A DNA stretch of 64,000 nt from Haplodiscus bocki (taxonomy: Eukaryota), in the NCBI GenBank assembly GCA_965655095.1, contig OZ296649.1, positions 94,860,001-94,924,000 on the forward strand, written 5' to 3'. Made by a program: the position numbers and the translations under genes. Below, piece after piece: positions 32,798-46,800 of the stretch (positions within the stretch are counted from its first letter, which is position 1; each line of letters begins with the position of its first letter). The notes under the pieces are model-generated. The model was not told the DNA's origin. It ran no database searches and saw nothing but the letters and a program-made list of their open reading frames with translations.

Positions 32798-35700
32798 GGT
32801 GCTCCAATTAAATGAATCTTTGATTAAAACATTTGAAAAATGGAGTCAAAGGAAAACGATACACGAATTTAACGGCAGTTCAGGAAAAAAACAAAATCTT
32901 GAACTTTAAATGAAATTTGGTCCTATTCATTGGTAGCAATGTTCTGATGATCATTTAGAAATAAAAGTTGAAAAAACCTGCTACACGTAATCAATTAATA
33001 GGACCTTAGGCTTTAGATTAGGCTCTGGATGAAAATAACTGTGTTGGTAGTTGATGGAGGCACCATTTGAAAAAAATGAAAAAATGACAAAATTGACATT
33101 CAATCCGTTTATTGAGTTTTTGGGTGACCATCTTCAAAAAAAAGAGTGGAACTTCTGGAATATGGTCTAAGCTTCAAATTAGACTTCAGAGGAAATGAGA
33201 GGTTCAGAAAACACAATGTGGAAAGTGACTAAAGTCGACATCGTATTCATTTTCAGCATTGTTGGAACAATCAGTAACAGGGGAATGGAAATTGGAGAAA
33301 AATGCTCCAATTGATTCAATTGACATATCAAAAGTTTTTGATTAAGCTGTAAGTTAATGGAACTGCCATTTTGGCCAGTCTAGAAAGTCGATTTTGTAAG
33401 CTTTTATAGCAAAGTTTCGACCAAAATTGGCAAAAGTTCAAGATGCCATAACAGCAGTGCACGTACATGAATCTACACAGTGAGCGGTTAATTAAGAAGC
33501 AATTTGAAGGAAAAGGAAGAGTAGTAGTTCAAGCGGAAGACCTTTTATAACTCTGACTAATATTGGCATGATATTCAATTGAACAATGTTGGGACTCCCA
33601 TTCTTACACGGTTAAACAAAGTTGTGGGAAAAGGAGCGCCTCAAGTAAATTTTCATGTACTCCGATTAACAGTTAGATTGAAAAAAGTGAGTGAATATCA
33701 TAAGATAAAACCCATTTGCAAAATTGATCAACATCATCATTTTAGGGGTTTTCTTGGCAACCCTATGCCATTATACCTAGAAAATAAAAACGAAACGTGA
33801 TCACGGCTCAATTTAAAAGCATCTGTTTGTTGTAAGTTTCAAAGGAAATTTTCGACGAAAACGAGAAAAGAACGTATCCAGTTTGACGATTTGGTAAATT
33901 TAGGATTTTGACAACATTGCTAAACAAAGAACACCGAAGATGTCAATTATTTTTCCCCGACCAAAAAAATCAATCTAGTTTTTCTGCAAAAACTGCGAAA
34001 ACGTTTCTTTTGTTGAGACATAGAAAGAAATATAAGAACTAAGCAACTTTTTCACATATGTATTTTGAGGTTTAGCATCGAAATGTTCAGCAAAATTACA
34101 CAAAACTGCACTCATTTAAAATGTGGGTGACTTTAGTCCATTCCTTTTAGGAGTTCTCATTTTTCTGAGAAAATTTGAAGAAAAAAAATTTCAAAGCATA
34201 AAACATATTGCTGTCTTTTCGAAAACAAAATTTTGCGAAAGCTGGCGAAAATGAAAGTTTTGAATGCAAAAATTATTCGCTCGAGATAGGACGAAATCAT
34301 ATAGTCGCAGTAACAAAGCACGCATGACTATCGCAAACTTCATTACGCCAAAAACCACCTGATTGTCCATTAAGAAGCGAAGTTCATGGCTTTCAACGCG
34401 TGAGAGTTGTTTTTGTCGAAGAAAAAAATGCGCATCGATCATAACAAGCCGGAGTTTTGCCAACTTAACAAGTATGGACACTTGTCGAAGTGCTAGAGAA
34501 AAAAATAGAACAGTATTAGTATAGACATTATCTGATGAAGCAGATGAAAGCCTTTACGAAGTCCCCAGTTTTTTTTTATACAAAACCTACCGACTGTGCG
34601 TTTTGAGTTAAAATTTAAGACTAACAGCAGTCTCCTTAAAAAATTGCCCTTGGCATTTGGAAAACTTTTCACATGAAGAAGTCTCCTCAAAGAGGACCTC
34701 TTCAGTGCTTTTTTGCTTAAACTTTAATAAACCAATCAGCACAAGACATAATGACCACCTCTCAACATTGTGGCTTCTTAAGGAAGATATCACAAAACAG
34801 TCGCCAATTCCTGCTGTTCTAGTAGACGCTTGTTGCAGAAAAGAAATCTACAGAAAACTGGAATATCCAAACTTGATACGGAACCAAACAAAAAATGAGA
34901 TACCTCAAAGAAACATTTAGTATGAAACGTATTCGTACGCCGAACATACCCACCGTTTTGGAGCTATTGACAATGAGAAAAGTTTCTGATAAACCGTTAA
35001 AAATTGCAAGAACCAGTTTGCCTGGATTTTGAAGAAAAGGTTCCTCATAAAAACCTAAATGAAAACCTAGAAAATTTGTGCCCTAGAATAAAGGAAAATT
35101 TGGAAACAACTTAGATATTCTCATCATCTTTTGACTAAAGCTCAAAAATAAAAGAACGTCTCTTTTTCGAAACACATAGTTCTTTTAACGCGTTTTTTAG
35201 TTAGGCCATAAGTTGAGAACAACACTGAATACCAAAACAAAACTATACACAAAAAGGAAAATAAAGCATTTTTTGAAACAATCAAGGTTCCGACAACTAT
35301 TTCTACCACAATTGAACGAGATCATAAATATTTTGCTGTAGAATGAAACTCCTACTCTTTGAAGCTGTCAGGTGAGCCGCTGATACAGCAATAAGCTACA
35401 ACAATCAAGCCATTCAGAAAATGATTTGAAGTTAAATGATGTCACAGAAAAAAGACAAAAGGGTTGTTTTGAAAAACGTTCAGCAGGCAAAATCTACCGG
35501 ACAAAACGCGTAATGTTTCACTGGCTTTTGACAATGTGTACACCTTATCCGGTATTCAATCAATGTGCGAGCTGAGCAACACAGGCTTTGAAGTTTGAAG
35601 AACTTACAGAAAACTAAACTTTCATTTGTTTGCATATTTTGCGGAAACACTGCCACAAATAAAAACAAGGAAGAAACTTTTGATGCACTTTGGAAATTAC

Positions 35701-36481
35701 TTGTCCACTAAAAAAGCTACAGGGACAAATTTGAACCAACCAAGGTCTTTTAAGGCCCTTTACTGATGTTGAAAACGAGCATGAAAATTTCTGCTTTTGT
35801 CGAAAATTGTTCCCTGAACTCCGCTGAAATTTTTCGGATATTTTGGGAATGAATACCAAGGAAAGCAATTGTGTCATTTCCTCAAATAGATAGCTTTGAT
35901 ATACCATGCAGACAGCTTCCGGATGAAGAGAATAAGTATCAACTTGGAAGGACGCCGTTTTTTAGTTACTTTTTTCTGTATTGACAGGAAACTCCGGCTG
36001 CTTAAACTTTGTGGGATTGTCAATTACAACATTTATTGATTCAATGTGCAAGAAAGTGGTCGGGAGACATTTCGGTAACTGTTTATTTTGCTCGAAAAAA
36101 TCAAGCCTCTAGCCGACTGACGCAAGCCAGCGGTCATCACTTTCTTTCGACAATCTTTTGCCACAAAATATCAAGCAACCAAACTTCCGAACAATGTCAA
36201 TCAGAACTCGACTGCTTTTGATCATATCAGACCGTTTACATCGTAAAAAGTACAATAAATATCCTCACCATTTTAGCGTAACTACGCTGAAGAAATGAAC
36301 TACGGTTCACAATGAAAAACTGACCGATTTGAGGAAAATGAAGTTTATCCGCCGTCACCAAACCATGAAACCATGAAAACTTGTTTTTCTCCTAAAATAG
36401 CATTTTTGGTCAGAAAACCACAAATAAATTGAACTTCGGGGCTTTTTCTGTACAAGTTTCTGGAAATTTCATATAACTAAC

Positions 36482-38100
36482 TGTCGCAGTACATCTGCGA
36501 AGCCTGTGGACAATCCCTACCTGAAAAAGAGACATCCCGAGAGTCAGAACAAGCTCAAAACTTGTTGCATTTTCTTTAGAGTTTCTCAGTCATTTCACTA
36601 CTTAAAATGCTTGCAAAGTGATCCGTAAAAAACGAATCACCCCCGTGAACTGATCTAGATTGGGAAGCAACCGTTATGGAAAAAACACGTATCCGCATAG
36701 TAGCTCACTTTGAATTTAAAGGTGCTATATTTAAACTAATTTACATTTATATCAAGTAAATCCACCTTGTTGTCTGTGCTATGTGCTGTAATTGACTGCA
36801 ATCTGACGTTGTCAATGCACTCATGCAGCTGAATTAAATAGCAACTGTAGTTGAGTCAAGGTGACTCTTCAAATGAATAATTGTTTCTTACGTGTTCCGT
36901 CACACTAATCTGGTGACGTCACACTACTATTCATGATAAGTACCGTGCTGCTATGCTGTAATGTTGTGGCCAATTACGGAGCAGTTCCGTATTCTTTCAT
37001 TTTCGTTCGCATTGCTGCACTGCTACTAGCAGTGCTACAAACGAATATGGAACCATTCCAGAACGCTTTTGTCAAACGAGGTACCAACCAATACAATTGG
37101 GGAACGGATCAAAAACGCTCCTACTTTCTGCCTATTTCCTCTATCAAATTTAGTTAAATAGGTTGACATATACTTTTGCGTACTCAAACATGAAAGACTG
37201 AACTTTTTCGTATTAAATTCAATTTAGCCAAGGAGTTGTTATACTAATCAACTTTTTTGGAAAATCTTTTGATCTATTGTTTATACTAACCTTTTTTTTG
37301 TGGCATGGGAATAGGCATTTCGATCTCCGTTTCTGACGGATTAGTTCCATATATATTCGGTTCAAAATTGGAAAAGACGCGGCATGTAGGGGAAAAAAGT
37401 GAGGGCAAGGTGTTCATTTCAGGCCAGAGTCGGCATTTTCCTTTTGTAGATGATATAAAAGACGCATTTATCCCTTTTTTGTAAGTTGACTTGGCGTGTT
37501 AACAATTTTCGTTCTCGCCCAGGAAAAGGTATAAAAGCGAGAAACGAAAGTATTATTATCTCGGATCCTTAATGTCACTTTTAATATCGGTTGGCTGTAG
37601 AGATTGTGATGTGCTGTTTATTTCAAAGGATCACTTCTTCAAAATACTCTGAGTTAATTGAGAAGTTAAAAAAATAATTCATAACCACTGCTCAGCATTT
37701 TTTCTCCGAAACATGGAAACACTCAGAAACAAGAGGAGGTTGGCAGCTGTTGCTAGAGCGACCCAGGAGCAACATCCCAGGAACGGCCAGTCACGTAACA
37801 CGTCTGTTCCTAGAATCAAGGAGGACTACATAACCTAGGTCTTTGAGGAGATAGAAGATAGGATGACTGAATAATTGTTCCAAGACTTCAGCAAGATAGT
37901 GTCTCAATTCTTGGGTGCTCTGTCTTAACTAGACAATTTTCTCTTGAACTCACAATTACGGGATCAAACGGGAACCGATCTGGGATAAGGTGACCAGATT
38001 GGAAACATCCCGGAACACAGACGGGGGAAGCCGGGAACCAAACGAGGATCGTTCAAGGAATGATCGTCACCCTGTAGTAAGGTCCTCTGTCTATCGCTCT
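36482..38100 (+). repeat. 5' LTR (3' end and PBS deleted)
   Basis: Colinear with 49086-50640 at roughly 70-80% identity by eye; homology breaks at ~38100. Confidence 0.82.
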
Positions 38101-41100
38101 ACAAGAAATCCCTCATTGCTCCCGCTGGATTTCTTCAGAAAAACCAAAGAAAGCGCGCCTCTGAACTAAGCCACAAATTTGCAACGCAAACACGCTTGCG
38201 ATAAATGAAACAGACCATTTTTTGTTGGAGTTTCAACATTTGGCGTGCACTAGCAAGTCCGCCAGTTTCAACAACAACATCAACCAACTTTCTAAACCGC
38301 CCAAGCCTCACACGTCGACATTGCCCATCTTCAATGGGAAATCAGAGAAACTCGAATTGTTTCAAAATCTGTTCCAAAGAAGTCTCAAAACCCAGAACCA
38401 GCTGACAGAAGACGACAAATTAAATTAGTCTCACTCTCTTCTACGTGATGATGCCTTGCAGATTCAAAAACATCAGCAGCCGAATCTGCGAAAACTTGAG
38501 AGGCATTGCAAGGGTTTTGTGTTGTTTTTTTGGATAAACCTTCATCCCCAGTCATTGGCATCACGCTGCAAAAACGCTTTCTCAAATGAAAAAAAAGTAG
38601 AAGTGAACCGTTTGGAAGCCCGGAACACGCTGCAAAACCCGACCCTGATAAACCTAAACCGACGTGCAATCACTATAAAAGAAACCAAGCCACTTTAGAA
38701 ATTTTTGCCTTCAGCTGAATAGAAATAAAGAACAAACTCTACGCGCCAAATAGAGTACTGGCAGAAATGGCAGTGGTGCAACAAACTCTAACCCTAATAG
38801 AAACAACGACGCCAGTAGCAACAACAGAAACAAAGCAAACAACACAAATGAGACAAAACAACGAAGTGTCTACCCACCCTGTGAGACATTTGGCAAAACA
38901 TCTCAACCCACAAGGAAACGTTATATTGGGGCCAACACAGCAGACAGACCGCCTCCCCGGTTTAGGAGTCCGGCAGGACAAAATCAAGTAAAACAACAGG
39001 ACACAAACAATGAAACAAATAGGAGTATCCAAGTTGTGACCCAAAACTCAAACCGAAAACCACTTCTCTTCACTCCGGAACTGCATTTGACAAACCAGAG
39101 ACCAGAAAAACAACGGAAATTGCTCTAATACCTGATGTCTTCTGTCAGCAACCCCGAAGACATCCGTGGATGACCACAGGCAAATAGTAAGAAGAGTGAT
39201 ACTTTAACTCAAACTATTCAGAAGACCGGGAAACTCCAAAACACGCAACTAAATGAAAAAACAAATGAAATGATGCCACCAGAGGGACTCAAACCTCAGA
39301 TATCAAAAAATGCCATGGAACAGTTCGGAAAAGCTGACATTGCGATTGAACTAGTATCGTTCCCCAGCAGTTCCAAGAATTGTTAGACTAAAACCCGTGG
39401 AAGAAGCAACCACACAGCAACCACTGTAAATGGAGATAACAAAATTGCCGTTTCTCACAATAGCCACCCCGGAGACTAAAAACTGGTTGGTGAGGTACGG
39501 AAAAATATTGTTCTCTATCTGCCACTGTCCTCCACAATAATTCTCAAATGAAAGAAACAATTGCGGTACGTGCCTCCGATTTTTGAGAATGGCCTAGCGA
39601 TAGATGGTCTAGATGACTCAGAAGTTTATTGTGCAATTGTTCAACCAATTTTGGACAGATTCAAGCAACAAGTGTCCACTAAAGTCTTCAAGTTCGACGA
39701 TCCACCAAAATTTCAAGAACAAAGAGCGAATGGACAATAAAAACAACCATTAGGAACAGCCACGCCTAACTCTGATATTGGAGAGCACACCTTCGCAAAA
39801 CACTTCGTCGTAATGAGGAATGTGATTGGGCCAAATGAAGGGTTGCACTTCATGAGATGTAACAGTGTGGTCATTGATACTACGTATGGCGTAATCCACT
39901 TTCCCCAACTGACAATGCAAGCAAAAGGCGTTACGAACAAAACAAAAGCCAAACCCCAACTTGTCCCGACTGGCAACCACCTGACAATTCCACTGATGAC
40001 AATAATGACCACTACAGCCTTTGTCGATCATCCATCGCAATGGAACGCAACCGGGTCTAAAACTTTAACACAGAGATTTACCCAAAAAAAAGAGTCTGCT
40101 TTTGCTATAATCCTTGTCAACTACAATTGACAAGAGTAAAGCAGTCAGAGTAACGAACACGACTGACTTACCCTATACAATCAATAACAAGACGCAGATT
40201 GCCGAGATCTCCGTAGTCGCTCTGAAACAATCCAAGCTCATCAAATCATTAGATGCAGCAATCCTTAACATGATTTCACAGGGAGATCTAGGTCTAACCA
40301 CTTACTTCTTCAATCTTTTTAGAACGAACAGACCAGAACAGCTCGCATCACATTGTGGTTTCCAACACTTGAAAATGCAAGCAAACTGAGGATCATTCCC
40401 TAATACAGACACGAATACTGAGACAAAAACACGAATCAAACGAAGAAGGTAAACTGAACCCGGAGAATGAGACAAAATTCCGGAAAATTCCTTGAAAGAA
40501 TTGATTGGACGGACATACTGCTAATTGAAGCCGCAAAATAAGCAGTTGAAAACATTCTGGTTGACTTTCTTTGTCAGACATAGAAAGGACATTGAGATGA
40601 ACGCGGAGTTTAGAGTGAAACTCACACTGAAAGACGACAAAGTTCTTTACAGCCAAAGGTTATCAAGGTTAGTCCACCTGAAAAAGGACCCAGTTGTTGC
40701 CTTGGCTATGATGCACAAATACAGAATGATCTCAGTACTGCTCTTTTCCAAGTACGCAAGTCCAATTCTTGCCCAGAGGAATCCCAACGAGCAACAATTT
40801 CTACTTGAGGATCTCAGGAAAATGAGCAGTCTCATAGTTGTTGATATTATCAACAAAAGTCACCCAGTGACCAAAATGGCAGACGAAGCACACCCCCTGG
40901 TAAATGGGTTCTTCTTCTGCAAGCTCAGATGCTCCCATGTTTGTCACTGTTTGCAGACGGCGCACGAACAGTGAGTGGAAATGCTTGCTTTCAGTTTTGT
41001 TCGGAGAACAATTGCCTACGAAAATTTTGCACATCGTCTGAGCAGATTTATATCCCCATTTCCAAGTTTCACGCGTGAGTATTTGGACACAGTCATCAGA

Positions 41101-43820
41101 GTTGAACAGCCTGCACAATACGTCGATGATATTACGACTGGGGCCACAAATGCTACGCATTTTATCCGAAACAATCGGGCAGACCTCAAGTGCATTTGCC
41201 AAACAGGTTTGAAACTGAAAGTCATGAAAGTGCCTTTTTGGAGTCAAACGAATTGAATTCTTTGGCCACACCGTCTCAACAGGAATATTTTAGCCAGAAG
41301 CTCTGAAAACTCAAAACTTTCTCTGCAAAATTAGATTCTCTCAATCAAAAAAGTCTTAACAGCGCTACCTGGGATTCTTGAAATATTACAGAGCTTACTT
41401 TCCATGGACGGCTGAAAAGCCTAAACCATTCCATAATCTGCTTAAAGCAGACACTCCAATCAACCTAAAAGCCAAACTTAAAGAAACGATGATCTACACC
41501 ACTTCAGGAGTGCTCGTTATGCTCTCATGGTTGAGAATAACCAAGATCAGAACAACAAGTCAAAGCCATTAAACTAAGCCCCGTGGCGTTTGGTTCCGAA
41601 ATCTTTCCCTGCTCAACTGAAAATGTCAATTCACTTGAAAAATTTTTTGACAGAAAATATGGCATTTCTCGAGTTCGCACATATTTTGTGGGAAACAAGA
41701 AAATAAACAATCTTCCTGACTGGTAACAAATCAATCACACATTTTCTCCAAACGAATGCCTTTCCACCGTCGCTGTGGAGCAAATAAGATTTTGTGTCGC
41801 AGTTTAATTTCAAAAAACCACACATTGCAGGCTTACTCAACAGAGTGGTTGACTTGCTGTCCAGACTGGAAATAAAGTTACGGAAAAGATCCATCTCAAA
41901 ATCCGGACTGACATGCTGACAACAGAAATCAAGGTGACATCATCTTTCTTGGATGTCGCCGATGAAGAATAGTTCCTTTTCACACAAGTTTGCAACCTGA
42001 TTGAGTCAGAGGATCAGATTCATCTTACAAAAGAAAAATCCGGGAAAGCTGCAGAAGAACAAGTAGCAATTGATGATTCATATTCATTGCGAACTATCAT
42101 CAAGGAATTCACAAATATCAAGGGAAACACTACGTCCTAATCTGTAAAGGGAATTAAAGCAAATGCAGGGTTATGAGCAGAGTAAACTAATGATCTTTCA
42201 CTCAAAAACTTATAAATGGAAATGCTTTTGACTACAGACAGCAGAGAAAACAACTCGAAAGCTAATGAAGATCGCACCATACTGAATTGAAAGCTGGCCT
42301 TTTCTCCCGAAAATACTTAGGACAAACTAAAAATAGCATTTGTTACAGGAATCTCCTACCAAAACAATTCACAAATGAAGTGTTCCAGAACCTACGAAGA
42401 GTCTTTGGGAGACATTTTTGGATCACCTAGTCCATTAACGCCAATCGACAAAAACATTACTGCCCAAACTTGACAACACGTATCAAAAACTGGGTCATGT
42501 GGTGTGAACAAGGTATCAAGGGACCACGAATCGGCAACATACTCACCCATTCTTCCTTGCAAAACCCTTATGAACACATCACAAGACCAGAAGACGCCAT
42601 GTATTAAGATTTCGTTCCGGAATTACCCCCGTCTGGTGACTTTGGAAACATAGTGACATTCATTGACATATTCTACAGATATTTTTTTGCGTACTCTACA
42701 CGGAGAAAAATTGCTAAAAAATGCCAGAGTCAATAAAAGCATCACTACTAAGCACGCGTATTTTCCGATAACGATCATGTCCGTTAGGGGATCAGCTTTT
42801 GTTTCCCAAGTAATCAAATATGTAGGGGATGTCCTAGGAAAAACTCTAGAGCATGCCACGACCAAACATCCGCAGACGGTTGCCTGGAATGCCTGAACAA
42901 ACACATAACCCAATCGAAGAGGCTTTGAGGATTGAAACAGGCGAACGAAGACCGATTTGGACCAAGTGTGTTAACTTTGTCGTACTCTTTTACAAAACCT
43001 CTCACCACACGAGCATTGATTGCAAACCTAGCCGAGCGATTGACCTTGACATGAAAACGGTCATTTGTCTGCACAAGCAGTTCATACCGAATTCTGAGAT
43101 AGTCCTTCATGCTCTTGAGCAAACAAAGATGATCCTTCAAGATGTACGCAAGAACGCCATGCAAACTTACATCAAGTAGAAAGACTAATACAGTAAAAAA
43201 GCAAAGGATTCTGAGCCTAAAGAGCGCAAATACTTCTACTTGCTACAACTGAAAGCAGATCATTAAGGCAGTAAAGCTCCCTTCACAGACTTCCATTGGA
43301 TTGGTCCTTTCATTGCTGAGAAAACCCTACCAAATAACAAAATTTGATACGCAAAGTCGGAACGGACACAACACAGACTCTACAATGCAAGGGACTGCGA
43401 TTGTTCACGCCTAGAGAACCAAATCACGACGTACAGACCACGTCACAGAATTGGAAACCTGACCCGACAGTAACAATCAAAATTGGCGACCTGTACGCCA
43501 GAGCATGGCAGTCTCTGTATGAAAAACTTATTTTTGACAATAATCTGGACAAACCCAGCCTTCCCAGCACATATAAACTGACAAAAAAGCCCTGACGAAA
43601 GCTAGAACAAGTGGCACACCAGTAACAACACAGGACATTTCATCAGCGTTTTCCCCGTGCAAACGGGTTAAATGTCCGAACGGATACGGATAACTACAAG
43701 AGCCCTAATGTGAAAAGGAATTCAGAACATCCCGAACTGAACCCTAGTAGTCCACGCACTGCAAAAAAAGATCAACATCAAAACCCAAAATCGATATGCA
43801 AAGGAAATTACAGATATTGA
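37713..43820 (+). pseudogene. Fragmented gag-pol of the Gypsy element
   Basis: gag LPIFNGKSEKLELFQ; knuckle relic PPCETFGKT (~38875); protease relic AIDGLDDSE (~39600); RT YASPI..DLRK and YVDDI (~41118); RNase H PVAFGS and HIAG..DLLSRL; integrase DFVPELPPSG, RGSAFVS, HPQT; many stops and frameshifts. Confidence 0.88.
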
Positions 43821-46800
43821 GTTACTGATCGATCCTAGTGTGTTTCACGGAATGCGTACGTACATTTTCTGGAAAATCCCACGAATGCGTTAAGGAAATG
43901 ATACGGATCAATTACTGCGTTTTTCCAAGTTCTCTAGGGACATTTGCTGGCAACCTACTGACCTATAACTCACTGCTGGCTGCATTGATAACACGAGCGC
44001 TACAGCTGAAGTCAGAATAATTTACATGCGCGTTGCTGAATCCAGACTACTCAACACTTTCTCTCTCAACCAACTGATAAATCATATTCATTTTCAAGTA
44101 CTGAGCAGTTCAACGGCAATGCAGTTTGTTCTTATGGCAAACCAGCAGGAAATATTATGGGGCACGTCGATCTGGCCCGCCCTTTTTGGGAAGGCTGAGG
44201 CCCTAATGCGGCAACAAAACTGGGGTCATTGTCCACAGACCGATTCTGAGCCGTCAGGGGAGGACTCGCAACTTCGAAAATTCGGCACAACTTCACAATA
44301 CAGCCAATGATCTTCCTTGTCCCGATGCCTCGGGAAGCACGAACCATTGTGGGCTCTGGAAGATCAAAATTTGGACAATCGACTGGCATAAGCTCTGCGT
44401 GTCCCTACTTGGCCACTGCTGAGATCCTAATTTCCGAGAGGGTCACTGATTCCTTTGACAGTGGCCCTGCTCCATTGACCTCATACTTTTTCTGGCTGAT
44501 GTTTTTTGCAGTGCGTCGGCTAAGATCAACTCGATCCTAACAAGAGCACAGATTTCCAATAACCTGCGCTCAAGAGACCGTCTCTACAAGACTCCACGGA
44601 AGATAAACGGAGCTACTCGTAAACCTAACGGCTCTCGCAGCAGAGTGTGATAAAATGGCGACACTCGAGTTTGAAAGAATTTTCCGCTGTGTCAAGTGCG
44701 GTCTCTTATCGAAATCCTGTGCACAAAGCAGAGTAACACGCAATTCTTTTTCAGCGATGGCCACCCGATCCAAAACTGACAAGAAATCTCTGACTTTTAG
44801 TCACGGGCCCACGATTCACAAATGGTGACCATTGGAACACCTGAAAAATATGCGAATGAAGTACACAGATACATTCTATTCTTTTCTCTTACATCGTTGG
44901 GTACAGTACTTATTTTTATATATAAAAATGACGCCAAGCACGACAACCAGCTTGTGAAGAACAATACAAGAGGACGTTCTTTAGGTCAGGGCGGCTCCTC
45001 GTTGAAGTCCTCTATAGCTGCCACTGCTCTAACACAAACGACTGGTACTCGGCCCTCCAAGCTTCTACTTCACTGCACTTGATCTACATTTTCTCCAAAA
45101 CGACGTGCATTATGATGCCGGAGAGCGGAAGAGGAGTATGCTCATCTCAACTCGATTATAATGGCGGGGCAAAAGCAGCTGAATCTTTGTCCCACAACAT
45201 ACCTGGTACCATCGGTAGAGAACACAGAGTTCACAAATTCTTGAAGAAACTGCCGGTCATCAGGTCAAATATCACTCATCAGATAGTAGCTTGCAACATT
45301 CTCAGGAGCTTCTAACACAGGAGTTTCAAGCAAAAACCATTCATCTCCGATAACATGGAGCTTGGAATGGTTTGGCATATTAAACTCTTCTCACTTCTAA
45401 ACCACAGGTAGGGTATCGCTTCTTTTTTTTCCAGCATCAAACACTAAACAAAGCGGGCCAGCTCGCTGATTGAACAAAACTCAATCTGCAACAGACTGTT
45501 ATTGGACGAAAATGTTAGCATCTGAAACAATAACAAGCTTTGACGGATATGCAATGAAGGGTTATAAAAACTTAGGAGTTCTAGGAGGTGTGTTCTGACG
45601 TCATTGTTATGAAACGTGGAACAAATGAGGAACAATGGTAGGGTATTCCTTGAAATTTGTTTCGAAGCGATCCCGAACGGTTATGTAACCGAGCATTTTA
45701 ATAGGAAGATACACGGAGTCATACTTATGGGTTTCAAGCAGCCGATGGAAGAGACAAAGTTTCATGGGTACCATCTCGTCCACGCAGAAACAACTATCCA
45801 TGCCTTTTTCTAAACTCCTCCAAACATCAGAAATGAAATATGCATGAGCCCAAGATACTATCAAAGGAAAAGGAAAGGAAGATCTTACTAAAAGAAAATC
45901 GCCGTCATCTCGTCGTTCCGTTTCCTTGAGGTATGAGACGATGAATGGTCACACTCCTACAACGTTTGGGACGACGTCAGCTAATTGGGGCATGTTCAAG
46001 TCTTTCGTGATAACAGCTCTCCAAAGGGTGGGACCAGAGGCTATCCGTATATGATTTTCGGCTTCCTTGAGCCTGTTGACAAAGAAATCCGTCAGTGAGA
46101 ACAAATTCAGGCTCTCAAACACATTGGAGGTAGTCAGATGGAAAGAACGCCTGAACAAGCGCAGATCACTGGTCGGGTTTTCCAACAACATCTGACGGTA
46201 CCCATTGACCAAGAAGGTGCTAAAAGCTTCGGCAAGCAAATGGCAACCACCATATAACGCCCCACCAGAAACATCACGGCCGAAAGCATCCAGAAATTGC
46301 CCCAACACAGTACAGTTTTGAATGGCATGGCTACTGTACCCACTCAAGGCAGCAACACCATTGCGACAGAGGGTGCAGCTCCCCACGTGCGCACGAAGAC
46401 CCAACTTCTTGAACCGCGCTCTATGAAATCCACACCGCAGAAACTGTGAGTTTTGGCTCAACCGAAGAGTCAAGTAAAGGTGCGGCCGCACATCCCCTTC
46501 AGAACCCTGGACTAAAAACACAAGCGCAATGAACCTTCTCAAAGGGTTTCGAAAAATACAGAAAAAATGGAACACTAACCAGAAACTCGTCGAGTGACCA
46601 CTTCACATCCACGTTCAACCGCCCAGCAATCGAGGTGAACTGCGACCAGAGCTGCTGAACCAGTTCTTAACTGCCGTCCAGACGAAGAACCTAATCTAAA
46701 GAAAACACTTTTGCAAGGACTGGAAAACTGACGTCAACTGTCTTTGAGCTTTTCAAATTGACGTCCTCAGAGAAGTGTTACTCTGTATCACTTACCATCA

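Noticed and set aside
33000-36470. Short ORFs between the solo LTR and the Gypsy element
   Set aside because: No recognisable motifs, boundaries or TSDs.
45949-46575. 208-aa minus-strand ORF as env or antisense gene
   Set aside because: Non-ATG start, no signal peptide, furin site or transmembrane pattern; probably the shadow of a decayed plus-strand frame.
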